Positions 36,774 to 45,281 of a stretch of 64,000 bases of DNA are shown here, in pieces (the stretch's first letter is position 1; each line of letters opens with the position of its first letter). The position numbers and the translations under genes were made by a program. Source of the DNA: Chitinophagaceae bacterium (GTDB lineage: Bacteria > Bacteroidota > Bacteroidia > Chitinophagales > Chitinophagaceae); NCBI GenBank assembly GCA_023251255.1, contig JAHEZD010000031.1, positions 3,385 through 67,384 on the forward strand, given 5' to 3'. Below the pieces are notes generated by a model. The model had not been told where the DNA came from. It saw only the letters and a list, made by a program, of their open reading frames with translations, and did no database searches.

Positions 36774-37361
36774 TTACAGCAATTGAAATTGGTGCATGAC
36801 GTAATTTTTAACATCTGGGAAGAACGAAGTATAGCAAGTTTTCAGCTCATCATAATTTTCTTCGAAAGCTTTGAAGGCTGTTGAAAAATCATCTAAGTAA
36901 ACAGCCCTTCTAGTTACGCCTTCAAAGCTTTTTTCTATGCCCCATAACGTACTGTAGTTAAACAACCAGTTTTGTGATTGCATATAAGGCAAAATCCTTT
37001 GCAAACGCTCCGGAAGCCATTGGATATTGTTTTGTAATTGTTGATAGGTTTCTATGGCAAATTTTTGCAGTGAATGTTCTTTAGGAAATTCATTCGTGTC
37101 TGTGGCAAGAAAATGGTCATAAACTACATCCACAAAAGCACCTGAATATGTGCCTACGGCTGCTTTAAAATGTTTTTTTGCTTCTGCTGTGGATGGATGG
37201 CTATCCGTGAATGTATCTATATTCCTATGAAGTGCTATACCTTGTTGTATGCCAATTGGGTAATCAAATTTCTTCTTGCCCTTAATGAAATCACTGCTCA
37301 TATTGCCCAGCAAAATTTCTGTATTGTTGAATGATAGATAAGCGTGTGCTAGGTAATTCAT
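36774..37361 (-). CDS. acpH: acyl carrier protein phosphodiesterase
   Basis: MNYLAHAYLS......L.GN...DF.KG..........I..GI.LHR.ID.FTD.H is the AcpH N-terminal signature. Confidence 0.8.
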   Translation of the reverse strand: MNYLAHAYLSFNNTEILLGNMSSDFIKGKKKFDYPIGIQQGIALHRNIDTFTDSHPSTAEAKKHFKAAVGTYSGAFVDVVYDHFLATDTNEFPKEHSLQKFAIETYQQLQNNIQWLPERLQRILPYMQSQNWLFNYSTLWGIEKSFEGVTRRAVYLDDFSTAFKAFEENYDELKTCYTSFFPDVKNYVMHQFQLL

Positions 37362-37418
37362 AGGAAAACCACCTGATGATTTTTCAGGTGGTACAAGTTA
37401 GGGAAAAAGGGGAAGAGT

Positions 37419-38837
37419 TTATTTTACGGTTTCGTTAATCCAATTAGCAATGACTGCTAGGGTAGCAGTATCAAAAGTTTCATCCAATGCTAAATATTCC
37501 TGTATGCTTCCGCACTCCTTGCAATGCTGGAACAAATGATTAACACTGGGTACTTCTATGATCTTATACTTTTTGTTCCCACTTTTTTTCAATGATTTTT
37601 CAAATAGAGCGAGGTTTGTTTTGCTTTCTACCTGTGCATCCTTTTCTCCATTCAGGACCAATACTGAACAATTCAGTTTTTGAACATCAACAGATGGATC
37701 ATAGCTTAAGAAAAACTGCCACCATGGATTTCTAAGGTCACCATAACTTTTCTGGAATGACTTGATTACCTGTTCATCCTTGCCTTTTATTAAGGTTTGC
37801 AAAGTGGTTTCCGATTGAAAACTTTTCCAACCAAGGTACCTTGATTTTATTTCCTGCTTAAAGACAGAATCGTTTTTTATACTAATGGCAGCATCAACCA
37901 ATGCATGGTGCAATGAAAGGAAACTATCCACTGCTATTTTAGCAATCCCATGATTGATCATGGGCAAGGTATTCTGGAAATCGTTGGTAGCCTTACCACC
38001 AATGATTGGCCCGGCCAGGGTTACAATGAAGTCTATATCCTTACTTCTTGCAGCTACATAAGGAGCAATAATGCCACCCTCACTGTGACCCATTAAACCG
38101 ATATGATTCTTATCAATATCAGGTCTTGATTTTAAATAATCAATACCAGCCATTACATCTGTGGCGAAATCCGCAGAAGATGACCGATGGAAATTACCCG
38201 TGCTCTTTCCCCTTCCCCTATCATCAACCCGTAAAACGGCAATGCCTTGCTTAGTGAGGAAATCGGCTATTACCCAAAATGGTTTGTGCAGTCCAATGCT
38301 CTCGTCCCTGTCCTGTTGGCCGCTGCCGGTTATCATTATCACCACTGGAAATTTCCCATTACCATTCGGTTTGGTAAGCGTTGCTCCAAGATGGACCTGC
38401 TGCTCCTTGTTCTCATATTCCACTTCCTCAATTGAATAATTGAATGGTGGCCTCGGCGTTTGTGGTTTAGCTGAGACATCCCCGTCCGCTGCTCTTTGCA
38501 AAGCCAAAGGAAATTTTCCTGCTCCCTGCAAAAGGTTTCCTGAGATTTCATCTGCCTTGTTCCATTTTCCTATGTAGGAACCGCCAATGGACTTGATCTC
38601 AATAAATAAACTGTCATTGATGAAAGATACTTTGCCGCATTCCAGTCCTAGCGCTCCTTGGTCGGGGCTATCAAAAGTTGCGTTGAATTGGCCATTGTCT
38701 TTTTTTACATGGAAAGCAGCTTTCAGTTTTTGCCCCATTACATCTGCAATGCCCTTCCAGTTCCCCACAATATCTTTTTGTGCATTTACAGAAAAGGCGC
38801 CAATTGAGCATACCAATAGTAGGAAACTTTTTTTCAT
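37419..38837 (-). CDS. secreted alpha/beta hydrolase (S9/dienelactone-hydrolase-like)
   Basis: Signal peptide MKKSFLLLVCSIGAFSVNAQ, nucleophile elbow GLMGHSEGG, and late ..D..V and ..NHLF (His) motifs. Confidence 0.75.
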   Translation of the reverse strand: MKKSFLLLVCSIGAFSVNAQKDIVGNWKGIADVMGQKLKAAFHVKKDNGQFNATFDSPDQGALGLECGKVSFINDSLFIEIKSIGGSYIGKWNKADEISGNLLQGAGKFPLALQRAADGDVSAKPQTPRPPFNYSIEEVEYENKEQQVHLGATLTKPNGNGKFPVVIMITGSGQQDRDESIGLHKPFWVIADFLTKQGIAVLRVDDRGRGKSTGNFHRSSSADFATDVMAGIDYLKSRPDIDKNHIGLMGHSEGGIIAPYVAARSKDIDFIVTLAGPIIGGKATNDFQNTLPMINHGIAKIAVDSFLSLHHALVDAAISIKNDSVFKQEIKSRYLGWKSFQSETTLQTLIKGKDEQVIKSFQKSYGDLRNPWWQFFLSYDPSVDVQKLNCSVLVLNGEKDAQVESKTNLALFEKSLKKSGNKKYKIIEVPSVNHLFQHCKECGSIQEYLALDETFDTATLAVIANWINETVK

Positions 38838-39499
38838 GCTTTATTTGATTGATTTTTCTTGAAATAACGGTATGAATAAGCGAAAGGGATAATGGTAATG
38901 ATGGCTACGATACCCATAAAGAAAATTAGGCCCACTTTCATTGGTAGGAATAAAGTAGCAATAGTAATGATTATGCCCCCGGCAAACCAAAGTTTGCTAG
39001 CCAAGCGGTGTGTTCCTTTCCAATTGCCTTCATCTTCCAATGCCCAAGGTGTCCGGATACCGGCGAAATAATTAGGTTTTATATTGTACATAACATTGCC
39101 CATGTATGCAAAGAACAGGCCCAACGCAGGGAGCATTAAATGTTCAAACGTAAATTTCCCAGCTACGGCAGAGTAGGTAATGGCAACACCAATACAGCTC
39201 ATAAGCAGTACAATAGCATGTCCTACTTTTTTAAATGCAGAGGGTGATGTTCTTGCATTCCGTTTGGGATCAATTTTGGGCAGGTATTTCATAAGGAAAT
39301 AGATGCCAGCACTTATGGCAGAAAGGATGCAAACGCCAATTACAACTTCGGACCTGCCTCCCATGCGGTCAGCCTGCCCATCTATATTAAAATGGACTGC
39401 CACGGTTTTGGGTAACGATGGATATGTATAAGCAAGGTAAATCAAAGGGCACGTCCATATAATGAACACGAATACATCCATCAATGAGATACGTTTCAT
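38834..39499 (-). CDS. SdpI/YhfL-family membrane protein (DUF1648 + SdpI)
   Basis: ..P..VAVHFNIDGQADR.G.. (DUF1648), and N.F.GIRTPWALEDE.NW..THRLA.K (SdpI signature). The ATG at 39499 overlaps the ArsR stop (ATGA). Confidence 0.75.
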   Translation of the reverse strand: MKRISLMDVFVFIIWTCPLIYLAYTYPSLPKTVAVHFNIDGQADRMGGRSEVVIGVCILSAISAGIYFLMKYLPKIDPKRNARTSPSAFKKVGHAIVLLMSCIGVAITYSAVAGKFTFEHLMLPALGLFFAYMGNVMYNIKPNYFAGIRTPWALEDEGNWKGTHRLASKLWFAGGIIITIATLFLPMKVGLIFFMGIVAIITIIPFAYSYRYFKKNQSNKA

Positions 39500-39786
39500 G
39501 ATTTTTTCTTTTTGGGTGAAAATTGCATCAGCCATTTCAACATTTCGTCCATGACTGTTGTATTGATAGCATAATAAATGAATTGGCCCTCTTTTTCTGC
39601 TATTACCAAGTCTGCCTGCTTCAACAAATCAAGGTGATGCGAAATGCTTGGTTTGGAAATATTGAATTGGTCGGCAATATCACCAGCAGTCATATCCTTC
39701 TCCTTGAGCAGTTCAAGTATTGCCCTTCGCGTAGGGTCGTTCAAAGCTTTAAATAAGGAGTTCAATGGGGTTAGATATTTAGACAA
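39496..39786 (-). CDS. ArsR/SmtB family (SdpR-like) transcriptional repressor
   Basis: FKALNDPTRRAILELLKEKDMTAGDIADQFNISKPSISHHLDLLKQADLV is a winged HTH. The apparent start is the TTG at 39786. Confidence 0.85.
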   Translation of the reverse strand: MSKYLTPLNSLFKALNDPTRRAILELLKEKDMTAGDIADQFNISKPSISHHLDLLKQADLVIAEKEGQFIYYAINTTVMDEMLKWLMQFSPKKKKS

Positions 39787-39797
39787 ATGTCTAAATA
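39776..39797. promoter_or_regulatory. 10-bp-arm dyad overlapping the ArsR start codon (candidate autoregulatory operator)
   Basis: TATTTAGACA-aa-TGTCTAAATA (39776-39785 / 39788-39797), perfect arms. Confidence 0.55.
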
Positions 39798-40134
39798 CTA
39801 TTTTAAAAGACCAAAATTATTTTATTGAATTTCATTATCGGAGTGCCTTTCATCCTACCAAGCTGCTACCACTTCTAACATTTAACCAATTTGCCACTGG
39901 CTTTTGCATTTCGTTAGCAAATTCTTGTCAATGCCTATCATTATTGGGTTTCAGCGGATAATTAACCTTGGTTAACTTTTCCATTAACACCGTTCATCAA
40001 GCAATACCGCCTTTGAACTCAACTACATCAATATGTGATTGGGCAGGCTGTAACAAAAAATACTTTTACACCGTCAAACAACAAATGACAACCAAAAAAT
40101 AAAAACGAAACAATTACTCTAAAAATTAAAAACA

Positions 40135-40584
40135 ATGAAAAAAGTGATTCTCGCAGCTTTAATAGCTGTATCGGTAGCCACAAGTGCCTTTGCTGGCGTA
40201 ACAGTAAGTTCAAAAATTACAAGCAGTTTCCAAACTGAATTCAATGATGCCTCCAATGTAGTATGGACAGTTGGCAAGGACTTTGCAAAAGCTGCTTTCG
40301 AACTGGATGGGGAAAAATTGGAAGCCTTTTATGACTTGGAAGGAGCATCAATTGGTGTTAGCAAGGCAATAGGTTTGGATAAACTGCCTAAAGCATCTGT
40401 AAGGGCCATTACAAAGAAATACCCTTTTCCTCCTTATGCTTTGAAAGAGTGCATTGAATTTATCAATGCGGATGGTGACAGGAAATATTATGTTTCATTA
40501 GTGGAAGAAGGAAAAACAAAATTGATCCTTCAGGTTTCTGAAACCGGTTCTGTAGAAATGTATAAGAAAGACAAGATCAAATAA
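40135..40584 (+). CDS. small secreted protein, possibly PepSY-like/BLIP-like fold
   Basis: Signal peptide MKKVILAALIAVSVATSAFA. Two loosely repeated ..F...F..A..V.W / ...KKYP...... halves. The family assignment is from pattern memory only. Confidence 0.4.
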   Translation: MKKVILAALIAVSVATSAFAGVTVSSKITSSFQTEFNDASNVVWTVGKDFAKAAFELDGEKLEAFYDLEGASIGVSKAIGLDKLPKASVRAITKKYPFPPYALKECIEFINADGDRKYYVSLVEEGKTKLILQVSETGSVEMYKKDKIK

Positions 40585-40617
40585 GTTGGTTTTACTGGTT
40601 GAACAAAAAGCTCCGTT

Positions 40618-41391
40618 TTAAGTAGTGGGGCTTTTTTGTTGTATCCAATTTTGTATGGTGCTGAATTCCCCTTCACTTTTCAGATCGGCAATTAACAGAT
40701 GAAGCCTGTGCTGTAAAGGTTCCCCACACAATCTTCTTGTGAAGCCTGGCAAGCTATAATTGTTGATATCTACAAACTCCCATGGATGGAAATACAAACA
40801 GATGTAACCATCTTTCTTCAATGTTTTAATGGCCAGTTTTTTAAACATTGCATAAGGAAAATTCTTGAATGCCAGCCAGAATAATGGTAGCCGAAAATTC
40901 GGCGTAACAGATGCAGGCAAACGTTTCATGCCTTCCTCCAAATACAGAGTTCTAGGTAAGTGAAAATTATTGTAGCGACCAGGTATCCACGTTGGATTGA
41001 TGGATGAATCATATAAATAACCAGCTTGCTTTACTTCACTCATTTCTACTTTGCGCATACGGGGCATGCGCAAGCCTATAACAGGTTTACCACTTATTTC
41101 TTCCAGTACGATTCTTGATTGCAGTAGATCTTTGTTCTCGAAACTACTGTGGAAATAGGTGTGGGAAGCAATTTCATGTTTTAACCCCATCTGTTTTATG
41201 TCATTGGGAAAATGAACAGCAAAGTTAGCGGTGGTGAACATGGTGCAGGGAACCTCATCCACAATTGGCAACATGGCATCGAGCCCTAGCTTACCAATTT
41301 TCATTTGTTCTTCAGCAGAAATAGAAAAACCATATTCCAATGGCATGTCAAATTCTTCTACATCAAAACTCAGCAATATAAACCTGTTCAT
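40618..41391 (-). CDS. polysaccharide deacetylase family protein (ArnD-like position)
   Basis: MNRFILLSFDVEEFD..., ..EIASHTYFH.. (NodB-type Asp/His motifs). The ATG at 41391 overlaps the upstream stop (ATGA). I reject the track's 47-aa extension. Confidence 0.7.
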   Translation of the reverse strand: MNRFILLSFDVEEFDMPLEYGFSISAEEQMKIGKLGLDAMLPIVDEVPCTMFTTANFAVHFPNDIKQMGLKHEIASHTYFHSSFENKDLLQSRIVLEEISGKPVIGLRMPRMRKVEMSEVKQAGYLYDSSINPTWIPGRYNNFHLPRTLYLEEGMKRLPASVTPNFRLPLFWLAFKNFPYAMFKKLAIKTLKKDGYICLYFHPWEFVDINNYSLPGFTRRLCGEPLQHRLHLLIADLKSEGEFSTIQNWIQQKSPTT

Positions 41392-42314
41392 GGTAGATTG
41401 CTTTCCTTGATTATATAATGCGGCCTTTCCTTGCTCTGCATGAAGAGCTTGCCAAGGTACATTCCAATAATGCCCAGTATCATTAACTGTAGTCCACCAA
41501 AAAAAGCAACCGTTACAATCATGGATGCCCAACCTGAAATGGCTTTATTAGCATAAAGACTGTAGAGAACATAAGGAACATATAGCAATGAAAGTAAGGA
41601 GAAGGTGAAACCTAAATAAATAGCGATACTTAATGGTTTTGTACTAAAAGAGGTGATGCCTCTTAAAGCAAACTGCATCATTTTTTTGTAAGTGTACTTG
41701 CTTTTGCCAAATTTCCGTTCAGCAGGCTCGTATTCAATGCCAAGCTGCTTAAAGCCAACCCATTTAACAAGCCCACGCCAAAATAGATCCATTTCACTGA
41801 AGCTCCTGCAAGCAGCTACCACCCGTTTATCCATCAACCTAAAATCGGCAGTGCCTGCTTCCAGCTCAATGTCGGATAACCGGTTCATGAAATCATAGAA
41901 CATAGCGGATGTTTTACGTTTCATCATGGGAATTTCCTGATGGTCTTTCCTGATAGTGTAAACAATGTCATAGCCTGCTTCCCAGTTTTGGATCAGCTCG
42001 GGAATCAAATCCGGCGGATGTTGAAGATCTCCATCCATACTTATCACAGCATCTCCATCACTTAGGTCCAATCCTGCTTTTAATGCATTCTGGTGGCCGA
42101 AGTTCCTTGATAGTGCTATGTAGAAAACGTTTTTATGGAATGTAGCTTGCTCTTTAATTGCTTCAACAGTGCCATCATTGCTGCCATCATCCACAAAAGT
42201 TATGTCGTAATGATAGGGCAAAGCATCCAGTACTGCACGTAAGCAATCTATTAATAGAGGCACATTGCCTTTTTCATTGCAAACAGGGACAACAATGGAA
42301 ACCTTTTTACTCAT
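41388..42314 (-). CDS. GT2 polyprenyl-phosphate glycosyltransferase (ArnC/GtrB/DPM1-like) with two C-terminal TM helices
   Basis: VSIVVPVCNE.GN, FVDDGS.DGT and ISMDGDLQHPP are GT-A motifs. The C-terminal TM pair is typical of the ArnC/GtrB class. Confidence 0.8.
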   Translation of the reverse strand: MSKKVSIVVPVCNEKGNVPLLIDCLRAVLDALPYHYDITFVDDGSNDGTVEAIKEQATFHKNVFYIALSRNFGHQNALKAGLDLSDGDAVISMDGDLQHPPDLIPELIQNWEAGYDIVYTIRKDHQEIPMMKRKTSAMFYDFMNRLSDIELEAGTADFRLMDKRVVAACRSFSEMDLFWRGLVKWVGFKQLGIEYEPAERKFGKSKYTYKKMMQFALRGITSFSTKPLSIAIYLGFTFSLLSLLYVPYVLYSLYANKAISGWASMIVTVAFFGGLQLMILGIIGMYLGKLFMQSKERPHYIIKESNLP

Positions 42315-43512
42315 TTAAATGCTTTGTTAAGCTAAAATCCTTTCTTAATAAACTGTACACCAATGACAGCCAGACTAAAAAGCAAGGTAAGGCTTTGAGT
42401 GAATAGGGACGAACAAAACTTTTTTCCAGGTAATCCGGAAACAGGTCTGTAGGGGATAAGCTTGTAAAAATCAAAGCAAAAATTAGTATGCCGATTGTCC
42501 ATTTTTTTTTATCGTTAAGAATAAACCATATCCCTACACCTATCATTGCAAGTACATAAGTGGCACTTTCGGCAGACGAACTAAAAATGACCACACCAAT
42601 TAACGCCAGCGCAAGGTAGCTAAGCTGGAAACCTGTAAACTTGAACTGGTTGAAACGCAGGAAGGGTAAGGCATATAGTAATGCTGCGGGAACGGTAATT
42701 AAATAGTTCTTGAAATTTTCAATATGGAAAATCCGCCTCACCATTCCTAGAACAGAAATATCCTGCATCGCATTGGACGCTTCCACACTAATGTTTTTTG
42801 CATTTTTTTCTACTAGGGAATGGTACCAGTTCTGATAAGACTGGACAATAAACGCTGGGGAAGAAATAAGCATGGGCAAACAAAATAAAATAACCAGCCA
42901 AAGAATAAAGCTTAGTACAAATTTTATTTTATGTTGGGAAAACCAAAAAAAGGCAATGCCTACTACGCCATAAATTTTTACATACAGCCCTGCCACAATA
43001 AAAAAGGCAGCCCAAAAATCTTGTTCCTTCTTTACCAACGTATAAGAAAGGATGATCCAACCTGTAAGCATTGGGTTGAATTGAACGTTCTGCAAGGAAG
43101 TAATCATTTCCAATAGACCGATTAGCAGAATGATTTGTTGCTGTTTGTTGCTAACCGGTAACTGCTTCACGGCATAGTATAAAATAACAGCATTGGCCAT
43201 ACACCATAGAAAGCAGCCAGCATAATCTCCCAACAAAGCGAAAGGGGCAATCAATATGCTAAATAATGGGCCATAATGATTGGTATCTTCAAAAAGTAAT
43301 GGATATTCCAAATACAGGTTCTGTTGATGAACTGTATGCCAGAAAACCTGTTTGAAAATCAGGTAATTATTAATGTGTGTATCATTAACTGTAACGCCAT
43401 GCATTAACTCTGCCACTCCTGCTAGTGCAGCAATAGCAAACCATAAGAAGGCAGGCAATGGAACTGTCCATTTGAAAAACCGGATGTCTTTCAACAAGAA
43501 TTTCATTTTCAT
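42307..43512 (-). CDS. polytopic membrane glycosyltransferase, GT-C-like (DUF2029/GT87-like)
   Basis: About 11 TM helices in 401 aa, with an early loop ..FEDTNHYGPLF. Translationally overlapped with the GT2 gene. Confidence 0.45.
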   Translation of the reverse strand: MKMKFLLKDIRFFKWTVPLPAFLWFAIAALAGVAELMHGVTVNDTHINNYLIFKQVFWHTVHQQNLYLEYPLLFEDTNHYGPLFSILIAPFALLGDYAGCFLWCMANAVILYYAVKQLPVSNKQQQIILLIGLLEMITSLQNVQFNPMLTGWIILSYTLVKKEQDFWAAFFIVAGLYVKIYGVVGIAFFWFSQHKIKFVLSFILWLVILFCLPMLISSPAFIVQSYQNWYHSLVEKNAKNISVEASNAMQDISVLGMVRRIFHIENFKNYLITVPAALLYALPFLRFNQFKFTGFQLSYLALALIGVVIFSSSAESATYVLAMIGVGIWFILNDKKKWTIGILIFALIFTSLSPTDLFPDYLEKSFVRPYSLKALPCFLVWLSLVYSLLRKDFSLTKHLNE

Positions 43513-43653
43513 TTTGGGGTTACAAAAGTAAATATATCGGTTAGCAGGAAAATTAAGATAAGATAAAGCCAGATTAAATTATTTAAGGGCTAAAAAAATT
43601 ACATTTGCTGCCATTGTTTAAAAAACAAATCCCAAAAAATAAATCTAAAAATC

Positions 43654-44628
43654 ATGAATAAAGGCCCTGTTTCAACATTCATAGAGCATCATTACCGCCA
43701 CTTTAATTCTGCAGCATTGGTAGATGCAGCTAAAGGTTACGAAACACACTTAACCGAAGGCGGTAAAATGATGGTAACCCTTGCTGGTGCCATGAGCACA
43801 GCGGAACTTGGGATTTCATTTGCCGAAATGATCCGTCAAGGGAAGGTGGACATTATCAGTTGCACCGGTGCAAACCTTGAGGAAGATGTGATGAACTTGG
43901 TTGCACATAGCCATTATAAACGTGTTCCCAATTACCGTGACCTAACACCGCAGGACGAATGGGACTTGTTAGAAAATCATTACAACCGTGTTACGGATAC
44001 CTGCATTCCCGAAGAAGAAGCTTTCCGCCGTTTGCAGAAACATTTGGTGAAACAATGGAAAGATGCAGAAGCTGCTGGTGAGAGGTATTTCCCCCATGAA
44101 TTTTTATACAAGACTGTTTTAAGTGGCGAGCTTCAACAGTATTATGAAATTGATCCTAAGGACAGTTGGATAGTGGCTGCAGCAGAAAGGAACATTCCTA
44201 TTGTGGTCCCAGGTTGGGAAGATAGCACTACAGGAAACATTTTTGCCAGCTATGTAATTAAAGGGGAACTAAAAGCAAGCACTGTAAAAAGTGGTATTGA
44301 ATACATGGTGTTCCTGACAGAATGGTACAGGGCAAACTCTGCTGGGAAAGGTGTGGGCTTTTTCCAGATTGGTGGTGGCATTGCTGGGGATTTCCCCATC
44401 TGTGTGGTTCCTATGATGTACCAGGATCTTGAATGGCACGATGTTCCTTTTTGGAGCTATTTCTGCCAGATTTCGGATTCGACAACATCTTATGGTTCCT
44501 ACTCTGGAGCAGTTCCCAATGAAAAAATTACTTGGGGCAAGCTCGACATCAACACACCGAAATTTATTGTGGAAAGCGATGCCACTATTGTGGCACCATT
44601 GATTTTTGCCTGGATTTTGGGATGGTAG
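43654..44628 (+). CDS. deoxyhypusine synthase family protein (bacterial DHS-like)
   Basis: 324 aa. ..LAGAMSTAELG....MI..G.VD.I..TGANLEED and ..GGG.AGDF resemble the DHS/homospermidine-synthase-like fold. Confidence 0.7.
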   Translation: MNKGPVSTFIEHHYRHFNSAALVDAAKGYETHLTEGGKMMVTLAGAMSTAELGISFAEMIRQGKVDIISCTGANLEEDVMNLVAHSHYKRVPNYRDLTPQDEWDLLENHYNRVTDTCIPEEEAFRRLQKHLVKQWKDAEAAGERYFPHEFLYKTVLSGELQQYYEIDPKDSWIVAAAERNIPIVVPGWEDSTTGNIFASYVIKGELKASTVKSGIEYMVFLTEWYRANSAGKGVGFFQIGGGIAGDFPICVVPMMYQDLEWHDVPFWSYFCQISDSTTSYGSYSGAVPNEKITWGKLDINTPKFIVESDATIVAPLIFAWILGW

Positions 44629-44734
44629 AACCTGCTAAATATTTTGGAGAATTGATAAACAAAGGAGACATTGATATTGTTTATGAGAAACTTTAGACCG
44701 TCTTTTATTACATTTGAATTTCTAAAAAATAATC

Positions 44735-45220
44735 ATGAAAAAAATTGTTCTTTTTTTATCGTTTGCAATAGCAACACTTGCAGTAAATGCACAAACAAAA
44801 GTTACTAAAACAAGTATTGCAGGTAAATGGGCTTTGGCTGCAATGAATGTGGATGGTATGTTATACTATGATATGGAAAAGGATTCCCTTTCATTGGGCC
44901 AAGCTATCTTAAGTCAATTGGCTGCAGCAGGCCAAGACAGTGCAGGCGCTGTTGAAATGATGAAAGGACAATTTGAGTCATTAAAAGAAACAGCTTTTAC
45001 GTTCAGTGACGATGGTTCTTATAGTGTTGAAGGATTGCCTCAAGGTGCAGAAAAGGGTACATACACTGTTGATGAAGCTACTGGCACCATATCAATGACT
45101 GGAGGGAAGGGCACTAAAAAGGAAATAAAAGCAACCTTCAAAAATAACCGCTTAATTTTCCCTATTCCAGCAGAAGGTCAGTCACCAGCTACCACTATGG
45201 AACTTAAGAAAGCTAAGTAA
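44735..45220 (+). CDS. secreted lipocalin-like domain protein
   Basis: Signal peptide ..ATLAVNAQ. ..IAGKWAL.. and ..GTYTVDEATGTISM are typical of lipocalin-like (PF13648-type) proteins. Confidence 0.45.
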   Translation: MKKIVLFLSFAIATLAVNAQTKVTKTSIAGKWALAAMNVDGMLYYDMEKDSLSLGQAILSQLAAAGQDSAGAVEMMKGQFESLKETAFTFSDDGSYSVEGLPQGAEKGTYTVDEATGTISMTGGKGTKKEIKATFKNNRLIFPIPAEGQSPATTMELKKAK

Positions 45221-45243
45221 TATTTTAAATACATTCTTATTTG

Positions 45244-45277
45244 CAAACCCGCCAATCGGTGGGTTTGTTTTATTTTT
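45244..45277 (+). terminator. rho-independent terminator
   Basis: CAAACCCGCC (45244-45253) / GGTGGGTTTG (45258-45267), 10 bp including one G-U pair, then TTTTATTTTT. Confidence 0.75.
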
Positions 45278-45281
45278 GGGA

